DNA of 32,000 bases from Prochlorococcus sp. MIT 0801 (lineage in GTDB: Bacteria > Cyanobacteriota > Cyanobacteriia > PCC-6307 > Cyanobiaceae), in the NCBI RefSeq assembly GCF_000757865.1, contig NZ_CP007754.1, positions 360,001 to 392,000 of the forward strand. The letters run 5' to 3'. The notes beneath the pieces are model-generated. The model was not told the DNA's origin and did not search any database. It saw only the letters and a program-made list of their open reading frames with translations. Position numbers and translations under genes: made by a program. Of this stretch, positions 8,220 to 16,783 are shown piece after piece (within the stretch, counting starts at the first letter, position 1; each line of letters opens with the position of its first letter).

Positions 8220-9329
8220 TCAAATAGTCATTACTGCAATAGGATCTTCACCTTCTTCTGCTTGCTCAAGAAGCATTTGTTTGTATCTTGCTGCCATCTC
8301 TTCAGCCTTGTCAAAAACTTTTTGAGGGTCAGTCAGCATGTCTCCAGGTTCTGGTTCAAGTGCCTTTGTCGATAGAGAAATTCTTCCTCTTTCAGCGTCT
8401 AGATCAATAATCATGACCTTCATTTGATCATTAACATTTAATACCGAGTGAGGAGTTTCAATATGTTCATGGCTTATTTCAGAGATGTGAAGAAGTCCAC
8501 TTACGCCTCCAATGTCTATGAATGCACCATATGGTTTAATTCCTCTGACTGCTCCAACAACAACTTCTCCAACTTCAAGACGATTCATTTTCCTTTCAAC
8601 TAAAGCTCTGCGATGACTTAAAACAAGCCTATTTCTTTCTTCATCAACCTCTAAGAATTTCAATGGTAAGAAATCAGCAACTAGTTCTTCTTTCGCCTTT
8701 CTAGTGCTTATGTGTGATCCAGGAATAAAGCCTCTGAGGCCTTCAACTCGAACAAGTGCACCGCCTCTATTTGTGGCGAAAACCTCAGAGTAAATTGTGG
8801 CATCTTCTTTTTGTAATTGTCTAACTCTTTCCCAAGCTCGTTGATATTCAATTCTCCTGATGGATAAAGATAATTGACCATCCTCATTTTCCTCAGTCAT
8901 TATAAAAAACTCTCTAATTTCTGAAGGCTGTAAAACATCACTTAGACCCTCGACTCTATTTATTGAGACTTCTTGCATAGGCATAAAAGCAGCTGTTTTG
9001 GCTCCAATGTCAATCATTGCTCCTTTCGATTCAAGGGCAAAAACTGTTCCATTAACTATGTCCCCAGGTTTAAAGTTGTAGTCATATTTACTTAATAAAG
9101 ATGCAAATTCATCAAGCGTGAAACCTGCACTTTCAAGATCACTCTTATTAATTCTGCTTGATGAGTCATCAGCAGCAGGAATGTTTTTCGGAATATCGTC
9201 TTCTTTTAATTCACTCATTGAATTTTCTTCAAGCTTTGCACTTGTGGAATTAGAGACATTTTCTTCAGGTATTGATGTCTCTTTTTCAGGATTTTTTTCT
9301 TGAATTTTGCTCGCTTGATTTTCAGACAT
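8220..9329 (-). CDS. rpsA: 30S ribosomal protein S1
   Basis: 369 aa with repeated S1 domains (GDIVNGTV..., GFIPGSHIS, GEVVVGAVRGIKPYGAFIDIGGVSGLLHISEIS) and an acidic N-terminal extension. Confidence 0.92.
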   Translation of the reverse strand: MSENQASKIQEKNPEKETSIPEENVSNSTSAKLEENSMSELKEDDIPKNIPAADDSSSRINKSDLESAGFTLDEFASLLSKYDYNFKPGDIVNGTVFALESKGAMIDIGAKTAAFMPMQEVSINRVEGLSDVLQPSEIREFFIMTEENEDGQLSLSIRRIEYQRAWERVRQLQKEDATIYSEVFATNRGGALVRVEGLRGFIPGSHISTRKAKEELVADFLPLKFLEVDEERNRLVLSHRRALVERKMNRLEVGEVVVGAVRGIKPYGAFIDIGGVSGLLHISEISHEHIETPHSVLNVNDQMKVMIIDLDAERGRISLSTKALEPEPGDMLTDPQKVFDKAEEMAARYKQMLLEQAEEGEDPIAVMTI

Positions 9330-9432
9330 GCTTGAATGGCGGTCTGCCTTTTTAGAACAGTTCGATAGAAATACAAAATGGCCCGCCGACCAAATTGAGA
9401 TTAAATTCTACTTTATTGATAGGTCTTTCTTG

Positions 9433-9912
9433 TTAAATAACTGATGCCAATTGTTCTTTTTTTATGGGTTTTAGTGATTCAAGGGTTTTCATGAAATCAT
9501 TAATTCCATTGAATTGTCTATAAACAGAGGCAAATCTGATATAAGCAACTTCATTAATATCTTTTAAATTTGTAAGAACCATCTCTCCAATTTCAATTGA
9601 TTTGATCTCTTTGCAAACCTCTTGATGGAGAACTCGTTCTATTTCATCAACAATAAATTCAATTTGAGATTCATGTATGAGTGTTTTTTCACAGGCTCTG
9701 TTTAAGCCATTAATTATTTTACTTCGATTAAATAATTCTTTTGCTCCGCTTCTTTTTAAAACAGTAATTGGTGTTGTTTCTACTCTTTCATAAGTAGTAA
9801 ATCGGAAGTCGCAATTTAAGCACTCCCTTCTTCTTCTTACGCTTTTTCCAGAATCAGCCGATCTGGATTCAAGAACTCGACTGTCTGTGTTTTGACAAGA
9901 TGGGCACTGCAT
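9433..9912 (-). CDS. nrdR: Transcriptional repressor NrdR (zinc ribbon + ATP-cone)
   Basis: 159 aa with [17 protein letters not shown]...[20 protein letters not shown], the canonical NrdR N-terminus. Confidence 0.95.
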   Translation of the reverse strand: MQCPSCQNTDSRVLESRSADSGKSVRRRRECLNCDFRFTTYERVETTPITVLKRSGAKELFNRSKIINGLNRACEKTLIHESQIEFIVDEIERVLHQEVCKEIKSIEIGEMVLTNLKDINEVAYIRFASVYRQFNGINDFMKTLESLKPIKKEQLASVI

Positions 9913-10042
9913 GCAGCCCTTTTCAACGATTTAACTAACTTTAAACATTTATTTGACTTCTGAGAAGGGGTAGATTAAATAAAAATACTTTTTATTTAAA
10001 ATATTTTTTTTATTTATTAAATTTTTAATCTCAAGTTGAAAC

Positions 10043-10075
10043 AAAAAAAACCCTGATTTCTCAGGGTTTTTTTTT
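10043..10075 (-). terminator. Rho-independent terminator downstream of psbB-psbT
   Basis: The hairpin CCCTGA (10051-10056) / TCAGGG (10061-10066) is flanked by an A-run and a T-run. On the minus strand the stem is followed by T8, 7 nt after the psbT stop. Confidence 0.7.
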
Positions 10076-10081
10076 GTTATT

Positions 10082-10177
10082 TTACTTGTCGTATTTCGGA
10101 GGATCACGAAATGCGACAGCAAAGAAGAGCGTTACAAGTGCCAAAGTAAGGATTAGCACGTAGGAGAAAGCTTCCAT
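10082..10177 (-). CDS. psbT: Photosystem II reaction-centre protein T
   Basis: Not in the ORF track (31 aa). Hand translation gives [31 protein letters not shown] followed by TAA. It lies 37 nt downstream of psbB, the classic psbB-psbT arrangement. Confidence 0.9.
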
Positions 10178-10214
10178 CTAAGTTCTCGATATAAAGGGGG
10201 TAAAGAATCCTGAT

Positions 10215-11738
10215 TTAGGCTCGACCAGGAATTCGGCGTGTGGATTCGTCTCCAAGTTTTTTGAAGAGACCAAACTCAACCTGATCACCAAGCTCTGGAT
10301 CGATACCTGAGAATCTGTCGCCAAAGAGAGTCCTAGCGGCGTGCCACCAGTGCCCAAAGAGGAATAGCAAGCCAAAACACAAGTGAGCATAAGTGAACCA
10401 GGCTCTTGGAGAGCTTCTGAATACACCATCTGACTTGTAACGATCTCTGTCAAACTTGAAGGCTTCTCCAAGCTGAGATTTTCTAGCTAGACGTTTAACT
10501 ATTACTGGATCAGTAAATGTTTGTCCATTTAATTCACCACCATAAACAGTCGCTGTGACTCCAGTTTGTTCAATGGAGTACTTAGCTTCGGCTCGACGGA
10601 AAGGAATGTCAGCTTTAACGTTCCCATCTTTGTCTTCAAGAATGACAGGGAAGTTCTCAAAGAAATTTGGAATTCTTCTTACTTCTAAGTCATTGCCATC
10701 GCTATCAGTAAATGAGATGTGACCTTGCCATCCACTCGGAACTCCATCTCCATTAACCATTGCACCAACTCTGAAAAGTCCTCCCTTTGCTGGACTATTA
10801 CCTACATAGTCATAGAAAGCAAGTTGCTCAGGAATGGCTGCATAGGCTTCAGCTTTCGAAGCACCATCATTCATAGACTCTTGAACTCTGCGGTTGATTT
10901 CAGTTTTGAAATACCCAGAATCCCATTGATATCTAGTAGGACCAAATAATTCAACCGGAGTTGTTGCTGATCCATACCACATGGTTCCCGCAACTACGAA
11001 GGATACGAAAAGAACAGCTGCTAGAGCACTAGCTAGAACGCCTTCAAGGCTACCAAGCTTTAGAGCTCTGTAGAGCCTTTCTCCAGGTCTATTGGTGATA
11101 TGGAATATTCCACCAATGATTCCTAGAAGTCCTGCTCCAACGTGATTGGCGACAATTCCTCCAGCGTTGAATGGATTAAATCCTTCTGCACCCCAGACTG
11201 GTGCAACTTTTTCTACATGCCCCGTTAATCCATATGGATCAGAGACCCATATGCCAACAGATGAGCAATGAAATGCGCCAAACCCAAAGCATGTCAGGCC
11301 GGCTAAGAAAAGATGGATTCCAAAAATTCTTGGAAGATCTAAAGCTGGCTCTCCAGTGCGGGAATCTTCCCACAATTCAAGGTCCCAATATGTCCAGTGC
11401 CATACGGCAGCGAGCATAAGGAGACCACTGAAAACTATATGAGCTGCAGCAACACCTTCGAAGCTCCAGAAGCCGGGGTCGACTCCAGTTGCTCCGGTTA
11501 TATCCCATCCGTTCCAGCTGCCTGTAATTCCTAAGCGGGCCATAAAGGGCATGACATACATGCCTTGGCGCCACATTGGATTAAGTACTGGATCAGAAGG
11601 ATCAAAAATGGCCAATTCATATAAGGCCATTGAGCCGGCCCAGCCGGCTAACAAAGCAGTATGCATGAGGTGCACGGCCAAGAGGCGGCCAGGGTCGTTG
11701 ATAACGACTGTGTGCACCCGATACCAGGGCAATCCCAT
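10215..11738 (-). CDS. psbB: Photosystem II CP47 chlorophyll-binding protein
   Basis: 507 aa with [43 protein letters not shown]. Full-length CP47. GC content and codon usage are visibly richer than the surroundings, as expected for a highly expressed gene. Confidence 0.98.
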   Translation of the reverse strand: MGLPWYRVHTVVINDPGRLLAVHLMHTALLAGWAGSMALYELAIFDPSDPVLNPMWRQGMYVMPFMARLGITGSWNGWDITGATGVDPGFWSFEGVAAAHIVFSGLLMLAAVWHWTYWDLELWEDSRTGEPALDLPRIFGIHLFLAGLTCFGFGAFHCSSVGIWVSDPYGLTGHVEKVAPVWGAEGFNPFNAGGIVANHVGAGLLGIIGGIFHITNRPGERLYRALKLGSLEGVLASALAAVLFVSFVVAGTMWYGSATTPVELFGPTRYQWDSGYFKTEINRRVQESMNDGASKAEAYAAIPEQLAFYDYVGNSPAKGGLFRVGAMVNGDGVPSGWQGHISFTDSDGNDLEVRRIPNFFENFPVILEDKDGNVKADIPFRRAEAKYSIEQTGVTATVYGGELNGQTFTDPVIVKRLARKSQLGEAFKFDRDRYKSDGVFRSSPRAWFTYAHLCFGLLFLFGHWWHAARTLFGDRFSGIDPELGDQVEFGLFKKLGDESTRRIPGRA

Positions 11739-12218
11739 GGGTCAGGTTCGTATAACGAAGCTGCTTAATGCAGCAAGACTCGCATGATCGTAAATGGTAT
11801 TGCTTGAGTTAAGGCACAGGATGTAGAGACCTGAAATGACTTTTGACACTCTTTCGTAAAATCTAACTGGTTTTGAGGGGCTCAAAATTGCGAATAGACT
11901 GTCTCAGACTAGAAAAAATTAAAAAAAAAAGAAAAAAAAGAATTTTTCGAATTTCGATTGATTTTGTAATTTTAAGACGTTTTCGTATCAAATTAGTTTT
12001 AAAAAACTAAAAATCCGAGCTTAAATCTACTCGAAACCGATAGTTTGAAAATTATTTTTAGTGGCTTTTCAAATTCATATGGCTGAACCACTTTTTAAAC
12101 TCCTAATTTTTCGGCAAATTACAAAATCTCAGTCTCTTTGATTCAAACCCCAGTTTTTCTGCTGAAGGGTTATATAGTTTATTTCAGTAAAATTTGTTCT
12201 GAGTAAAAAACCTCGGTT

Positions 12219-12377
12219 ATGGAAACCACTAGTTTTGGCTTTGCCGCAAGTCTTTTATTTGTTGGAGTACCAACTATCTTTCTTATCGGTTTGTTTGTTT
12301 CTACCAGTGATGGTGAGAAATCAAGCTTTTATTCTGATACCAGTAAGGGAAGATTGAGCCCTGAACCTAAAAAGTAA
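12219..12377 (+). CDS. psbM: Photosystem II reaction-centre protein M
   Basis: Not in the ORF track (52 aa). Hand translation gives METTSFGFAASLLFVGVPTIFLIGLFVSTSDGEKSSFYSDTSKGRLSPEPKK followed by TAA. The PsbM-type N-terminal helix is followed by the extended tail seen in marine picocyanobacteria. Confidence 0.85.
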   Translation: METTSFGFAASLLFVGVPTIFLIGLFVSTSDGEKSSFYSDTSKGRLSPEPKK

Positions 12378-12514
12378 TTTAAGACTTTTTCAAAATATAT
12401 AGATCTCAAGTATTTGCTCGAGGTCAATATTTTTATTGAGGTTTTACCGTAAGGTATTGCTTCAAAAAATTACATATCAAATTTAACGACTAAGATAATT
12501 GGTTCTTATTTAGG

Positions 12515-12955
12515 ATGAGTTCAACAATTAATAGATGGAGTTTAACAAAAAAAGTTCTTCCACAGCACACTGACCATGCAGGGGTTATGTGGCATGGCTC
12601 TTATTTAAACTTTTTAGAAGAGGGGAGAATTGATGCTTTGGATAAAGTTGGTCATTCGTATTCAAAACTATCTGAAAAGGGTTTCGAAATTCCAGTTGTT
12701 TCAATTCAACTTAGATATAAAATATCTTTTTTTCACGGCGAAAAGGTTTTTTTATCGAGTCAATTTAAGCTGGAAAATAAAATAAGACTTAATTGTAAAA
12801 CTTTATTTTTAAAACCAAATGGTAATATTGGTGCAGAAGCAATAATAGGACTTGTTGTTGTAAGAAAAACAAATGGCTCTATAAAGTTAGTAAGAGAATT
12901 ACCATTCGAAATTAAAAATATTTTATTAATGCTAGAAGAAGGCCCAAAAGTTTAA
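12515..12955 (+). CDS. Hotdog-fold acyl-CoA thioesterase (4HBT/YbgC family; possibly the DHNA-CoA thioesterase of phylloquinone synthesis)
   Basis: 146 aa. The motif HTDHAGVMWHGSYLNFLEEGRIDAL matches the 4HBT catalytic-Asp motif. The specific substrate is an inference only. Confidence 0.75.
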   Translation: MSSTINRWSLTKKVLPQHTDHAGVMWHGSYLNFLEEGRIDALDKVGHSYSKLSEKGFEIPVVSIQLRYKISFFHGEKVFLSSQFKLENKIRLNCKTLFLKPNGNIGAEAIIGLVVVRKTNGSIKLVRELPFEIKNILLMLEEGPKV

Positions 12956-12973
12956 GTAATTTAAGAATTTATT

Positions 12974-13843
12974 ATGTTTAAATCCATTTCGGGTGAGGCT
13001 TTTCTTAAATGGAGAAAACAAATGATATTGATAGGTGGTAGGAAAGTTGATTTTGATTGGCTTTTGGATATGTCTGCTGGAGTCTCTTGGGCTAAATTGC
13101 AAAGCATTATTTTGAGTCCTGAGAAGTTTATTTCCTTAGATATCTCAACTGATGAAATAGAAGTTATTTGGAAATCTCATTTAAAAGATCAAACCCCACT
13201 TCAATATTTGATTTCTAAGTGCCCTTGGAGAGATGTTGAGTTAGAGGTTTCATCAGAGGCTCTGATCCCTAGACAAGAAACAGAATTTTTGATTGATATT
13301 GCTTTGAAAAAAATTACTAATTTTGATTCTGGAAGATGGGCTGATCTCGGAACAGGCTCTGGAGCTATTGCAGTATCTTTAGCTAAATCTCTTCCTAATT
13401 GGAATGGACACGCAGCTGATATTAGTAATGAAGCATTAGAACTAGCAAAAAGAAATTTAAAATCTATTGTGCCACATGCGAATGTGAGATTTTCTTTGGG
13501 TGATTGGTGGGAACCTTTGAAAAGATGGAGGGGGAGCTTTGATTTGGTTTTAAGTAATCCTCCTTATATACCCTCCGATTTAATTGAAGAGTTAGAGCCA
13601 GTTGTTAAAAACCATGAGCCATTGATTGCTTTGGATGGTGGAGAGGATGGAATGAATGCTTCTAGGAAAATCATCCTTGGAGCGTTAAATGGACTTTCCA
13701 AAGGAGGTTGGTTGATTCTTGAGCATCATTATGATCAAAGTGAAAAGATAATTAGTTTTATGAAGAAAATTGGAATGGAGGAAGTTTCTTTTGAACAAGA
13801 TTTAAGTGGAATCAATCGCTATGCAATTTGTCGTAGAAAATGA
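12974..13843 (+). CDS. prmC: Release-factor glutamine N5-methyltransferase
   Basis: 289 aa with PLQYL...W, ALIPRQETE, DLGTGSGAIA (SAM motif) and SNPPYIP (NPPY catalytic motif). Confidence 0.9.
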   Translation: MFKSISGEAFLKWRKQMILIGGRKVDFDWLLDMSAGVSWAKLQSIILSPEKFISLDISTDEIEVIWKSHLKDQTPLQYLISKCPWRDVELEVSSEALIPRQETEFLIDIALKKITNFDSGRWADLGTGSGAIAVSLAKSLPNWNGHAADISNEALELAKRNLKSIVPHANVRFSLGDWWEPLKRWRGSFDLVLSNPPYIPSDLIEELEPVVKNHEPLIALDGGEDGMNASRKIILGALNGLSKGGWLILEHHYDQSEKIISFMKKIGMEEVSFEQDLSGINRYAICRRK

Positions 13844-13844
13844 A

Positions 13845-14420
13845 ATGATCACTCAGCAATTTGGAATCTTTGACTTGGCTTTAAAGTTGAAAAAGGGATC
13901 TTTAGCTTTATTCCCTACTGATACTTTGCCAGCACTTTGTTCATACCCAAAATACTCAAAAAAAATTTGGACTATTAAGAAAAGGCCTTTAAGTAAGCCA
14001 CTTATATTAATGGGAGGTTGCTTGGATGATTTGTTTGAATTTGTTCATCCTTGTGCTTTGGAACAAAGCTTGAAATTGGCAAAAATCTATTGGCCGGGAG
14101 CATTAACAATGGTTTTACCAACAATAGGAAATTTTTCTAAGCATTTGAATGGCAATTCAAATGCTGTTGGTTTTAGAGTCCCCGCATTAAGACTTGCAAG
14201 AGATTTGCTGATGCAAACTGGTCCTCTTGCAACTACAAGTGCAAACATTTCTGGAGAAGCACCTGTTAAAGATGCGATGGAAGCTTCGATTCAATTCCCT
14301 GGGATTCCAATATTGGCTCCTATTCCTTGGCCAAATTCTTCTGGCATGGCAAGTACAGTTGTTGAATGGGAAAATGGAAAGTGGAATGTGTTAAGGCCTG
14401 GTTCAGTCGTTTTGAAATAA
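13845..14420 (+). CDS. tsaC: L-threonylcarbamoyladenylate synthase (YrdC/Sua5 family)
   Basis: FPTDTLPALC, KPLILM, WPGALTMVL, GFRVP and TTSANISGE motifs. The track ORF starts at 13806 and overlaps prmC by 38 nt. The ATG at 13845, 2 nt after the prmC stop, gives a normal-length N-terminus and is preferred. Confidence 0.85.
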   Translation: MITQQFGIFDLALKLKKGSLALFPTDTLPALCSYPKYSKKIWTIKKRPLSKPLILMGGCLDDLFEFVHPCALEQSLKLAKIYWPGALTMVLPTIGNFSKHLNGNSNAVGFRVPALRLARDLLMQTGPLATTSANISGEAPVKDAMEASIQFPGIPILAPIPWPNSSGMASTVVEWENGKWNVLRPGSVVLK

Positions 14421-14429
14421 AAGTAACGA

Positions 14430-14588
14430 ATGATTTATCTGTTCTTTATAGTTTTATTAGTGCAATCTATTTTTTGGTGGCTTTTCAGACTCCCCATAAT
14501 GAGTTTTGATTGGACTTTTCAATTAAAATTTTTCAACCTATTTATTGCTGCATTTTTAATTTTGATAATCTCTGGTAAATCTAAATAG
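14430..14588 (+). CDS. Possible small hydrophobic protein (52 aa)
   Basis: Hand-found ORF MIYLFFIVLLVQSIFWWLFRLPIMSFDWTFQLKFFNLFIAAFLILIISGKSK, with two hydrophobic segments, starting 9 nt after the tsaC stop. There is no SD and no recognisable family. It could be a chance ORF in AT-rich DNA. Confidence 0.25.
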   Translation: MIYLFFIVLLVQSIFWWLFRLPIMSFDWTFQLKFFNLFIAAFLILIISGKSK

Positions 14589-14611
14589 ATCTTTTAGGAC
14601 TGTTAAAAAAA

Positions 14612-14683
14612 TGCCGGCTAACAGATTTGAACTGATGACCTTCGCTTTACAAAAGCGCTGCTCTACCGCTGAGCTAAGCCGGC
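14612..14683 (-). tRNA. trnT: tRNA-Thr (UGU), no encoded CCA
   Basis: The reverse complement reads GCCGGCTTAGCTCAGCGGTAGAGCAGCGCTTTTGTAAAGCGAAGGTCATCAGTTCAAATCTGTTAGCCGGCA. It has a perfect 7-bp acceptor stem, anticodon loop TTTGTAA, and one U-U mismatch in the T stem. Confidence 0.88.
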
Positions 14684-14805
14684 AATCCTTTTATCTTACC
14701 TAAAAAAGTAATCTAAAAGTAAATCCATTTAAGAAATTTGTTGAAAATACTTTTTTAAATATCTTGTTGATCTCATCTAATAAATTAGTGCCATCTTGAA
14801 ATTGA

Positions 14806-15153
14806 TTAAGATACTTGATCTGTGCCTTCAGTTTCTGGGGAATTTACTTCTGACTGATTCTTAGGCTCTTTAAGTTGGATTTGCCCAGTCATAGTTCTTT
14901 TTATTGGTAAGTTTGCAACTAATGCGGTCATGCGATCCTCTGTCTCAAGACTTACTGCTCCTTCATCCACATCTATCTCTACATACTTTGCGACCACCTC
15001 AAGTATTTCTTTTCTCATTTGATCTAAAAGTTCTGTACTGAGATCTGATCGATCATGAGCTAGAACCAGTTGCAACCTCTCGCGCGCGGTACTAGCGCTA
15101 GCCGGCTGTCTACGAAGTAACTTGTTGATAATGTCTCTAAGTGTCATTGCCAT
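14806..15153 (-). CDS. minE: Cell-division topological specificity factor MinE
   Basis: 115 aa. [16 protein letters not shown]...[13 protein letters not shown] is the typical MinE core. It lies directly downstream of minD. Confidence 0.93.
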   Translation of the reverse strand: MAMTLRDIINKLLRRQPASASTARERLQLVLAHDRSDLSTELLDQMRKEILEVVAKYVEIDVDEGAVSLETEDRMTALVANLPIKRTMTGQIQLKEPKNQSEVNSPETEGTDQVS

Positions 15154-15157
15154 TGCT

Positions 15158-15973
15158 TTAGAAAATTTTTGTTTGCATTAGTCTTCTAAATTTCGCACCA
15201 AATCCAGAACTCTCCTCTACGGGATCAATAAGTGGAATATCTTCTCCTTGTAATCTCTTGGCAATATTTAGATAACATTTGGCTGCTGGGGAATTAATGC
15301 TATTTAAAGTTAGTGGCTCCCCTCGATTTGTACTTACAATTACCTGTTCATCCTCTAGAACAAGCCCAAGTAAAGGTAAGGCTAAAATATCAGTCACATC
15401 ATCGATAGAAAGCATTTCTTGGTTGGCCATCATCTTTGGCCTAACTCTATTAAGAACTAATTGGACTGGTTTAATAGAATTTGTGTTCAGTAAACCAATT
15501 ACTCTGTCTGCATCTCTTACTGCTGATACCTCAGGATTGGTAACTACAATGGCTTCTTGAGAGGCTGCCATGGCATTTTTAAATCCATCTTCAACTCCTG
15601 CAGGGCAGTCAATTAAAACGTAATTGAACTGTTCTCTTAACATATCTACTATGCGCTTCATATCTTCGGGTTTTAACCAATCAAGCATTCTTGGATTCCC
15701 CGCAGGAAGTAAAGATAGATTGGATTCTTGCTTGTGCTTCACTAAGGCCTGATCCAGTCTGCATTCCTCCTCAAGAACTTCTTGTGCCGTATATACAATT
15801 CGATTTTCAAGACCTAATAGTAAATCCAAATTTCTCAGACCAAAGTCTGCGTCTAAAACAGCAGTGGTTAAGCCTTGCCTTGCTAGTGAAATGCCAAGAT
15901 TAGCAGTGAGGGTTGTCTTGCCGACCCCACCCTTGCCTGAGCAAATAAGAATGACGCGTGTATCTGTCGCCAC
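15158..15973 (-). CDS. minD: Septum-site-determining ATPase MinD
   Basis: 271 aa with the deviant Walker [22 protein letters not shown], and a C-terminal amphipathic tail [10 protein letters not shown]. It uses a GTG start at 15973-15971, preceded by AAGGAGG. Confidence 0.97.
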   Translation of the reverse strand: MATDTRVILICSGKGGVGKTTLTANLGISLARQGLTTAVLDADFGLRNLDLLLGLENRIVYTAQEVLEEECRLDQALVKHKQESNLSLLPAGNPRMLDWLKPEDMKRIVDMLREQFNYVLIDCPAGVEDGFKNAMAASQEAIVVTNPEVSAVRDADRVIGLLNTNSIKPVQLVLNRVRPKMMANQEMLSIDDVTDILALPLLGLVLEDEQVIVSTNRGEPLTLNSINSPAAKCYLNIAKRLQGEDIPLIDPVEESSGFGAKFRRLMQTKIF

Positions 15974-16133
15974 TGACCTCCTTGGATTCGATAAACTTTA
16001 GTTCGATTTTGATTAAGAGAAAACCTTTATTGTTAGATCGGTTGCATTGGGTTTGCTTTTGAAGACATCTTTAAGGACTTATGAGGTAAGTTTTTCTTGC
16101 TTTTTGTCCAAACCATACTTTTTTGTATTCTAA

Positions 16134-16781
16134 TTATGTTGTCTCCAGTGGGGAAATAATAATTTCTTCAGAATCGATTCTTGCTTGCTCTGCAAGGCCA
16201 AAATGAGGCTTCTCCTTAGGCCCTCTAGCAACTTTTTTAGCGATTCTTAGTTGAACAGGTCTAAGTTGAAGTGCCGATATTCTTGCTTTAGAGTTGCCTT
16301 TGCTGCCTGCATGGGCAATCCCAAGTAGCCTTCCCCATATAATTATATTTCCCTCTGCGCTAACTTTTGCACCTGGATTAACATCTCCAAGGATTAACAA
16401 ATCCCCAGGACTTTCAAGATATTCCCCTGACCGTACAGTTCCTTGATGAAAGTGAGTTTTTAAAAAAGTTAGATTTTTCTTATTTATCTCTGAGATATTT
16501 TTTGAAGAATTTTCAAAAATAAATTGAGATTTATAACCTAGTGATTGAGAACTTACAATCGTCTTTGGAGATGATGAGCAAAAACTAATAATCTTACAAT
16601 CATATTGATTCGCAATTGCTATTATTTCTGATATGTCTTTACATGAAAGATCGATATTTCTAGAATCTATTTCTAAGTTATTTGACTTCAGGTTTTTTAA
16701 TTTATTTTTTAAATCTATTTTCCAATTAGGATAGTTTCTATCGTCTATATTGATTATTATTTTTTGATTGTTTAAATTCAT
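16134..16781 (-). CDS. minC: Septum-site-determining protein MinC
   Basis: 215 aa. The C-terminal beta-helix motif VRSGEYLESPGDLLILGDVNPGAKVSAEGNIIIWGRLLGIAHAG is typical of MinC. It sits upstream of minDE. Confidence 0.88.
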   Translation of the reverse strand: MNLNNQKIIINIDDRNYPNWKIDLKNKLKNLKSNNLEIDSRNIDLSCKDISEIIAIANQYDCKIISFCSSSPKTIVSSQSLGYKSQFIFENSSKNISEINKKNLTFLKTHFHQGTVRSGEYLESPGDLLILGDVNPGAKVSAEGNIIIWGRLLGIAHAGSKGNSKARISALQLRPVQLRIAKKVARGPKEKPHFGLAEQARIDSEEIIISPLETT

Positions 16782-16783
16782 TT

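Noticed and set aside
10178-11787. Several 65-97-aa ORFs on both strands overlapping psbB (10178-10471, 10719-10949, 11201-11419, 11377-11574, 11551-11787)
   Set aside because: psbB is an unambiguous full-length CP47 gene. The alternative frames arise because its higher GC content lowers stop-codon frequency.
11911-11942. A-rich low-complexity tract considered as a repeat array or CRISPR-like feature
   Set aside because: It is a single homopolymer-like tract with no repeat-spacer periodicity. No CRISPR repeats or cas genes occur anywhere in the window.
12402-12436. Possible psbM terminator (GATCTC...GAGGTC stem followed by a T-rich run)
   Set aside because: The stem is only 6 bp including a G-U pair, with a 12-nt loop. 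That is too weak to call from sequence alone.
15279-15903. Plus-strand ORFs (93 and 70 aa) inside minD
   Set aside because: They are antisense to a canonical MinD gene and show no independent evidence.
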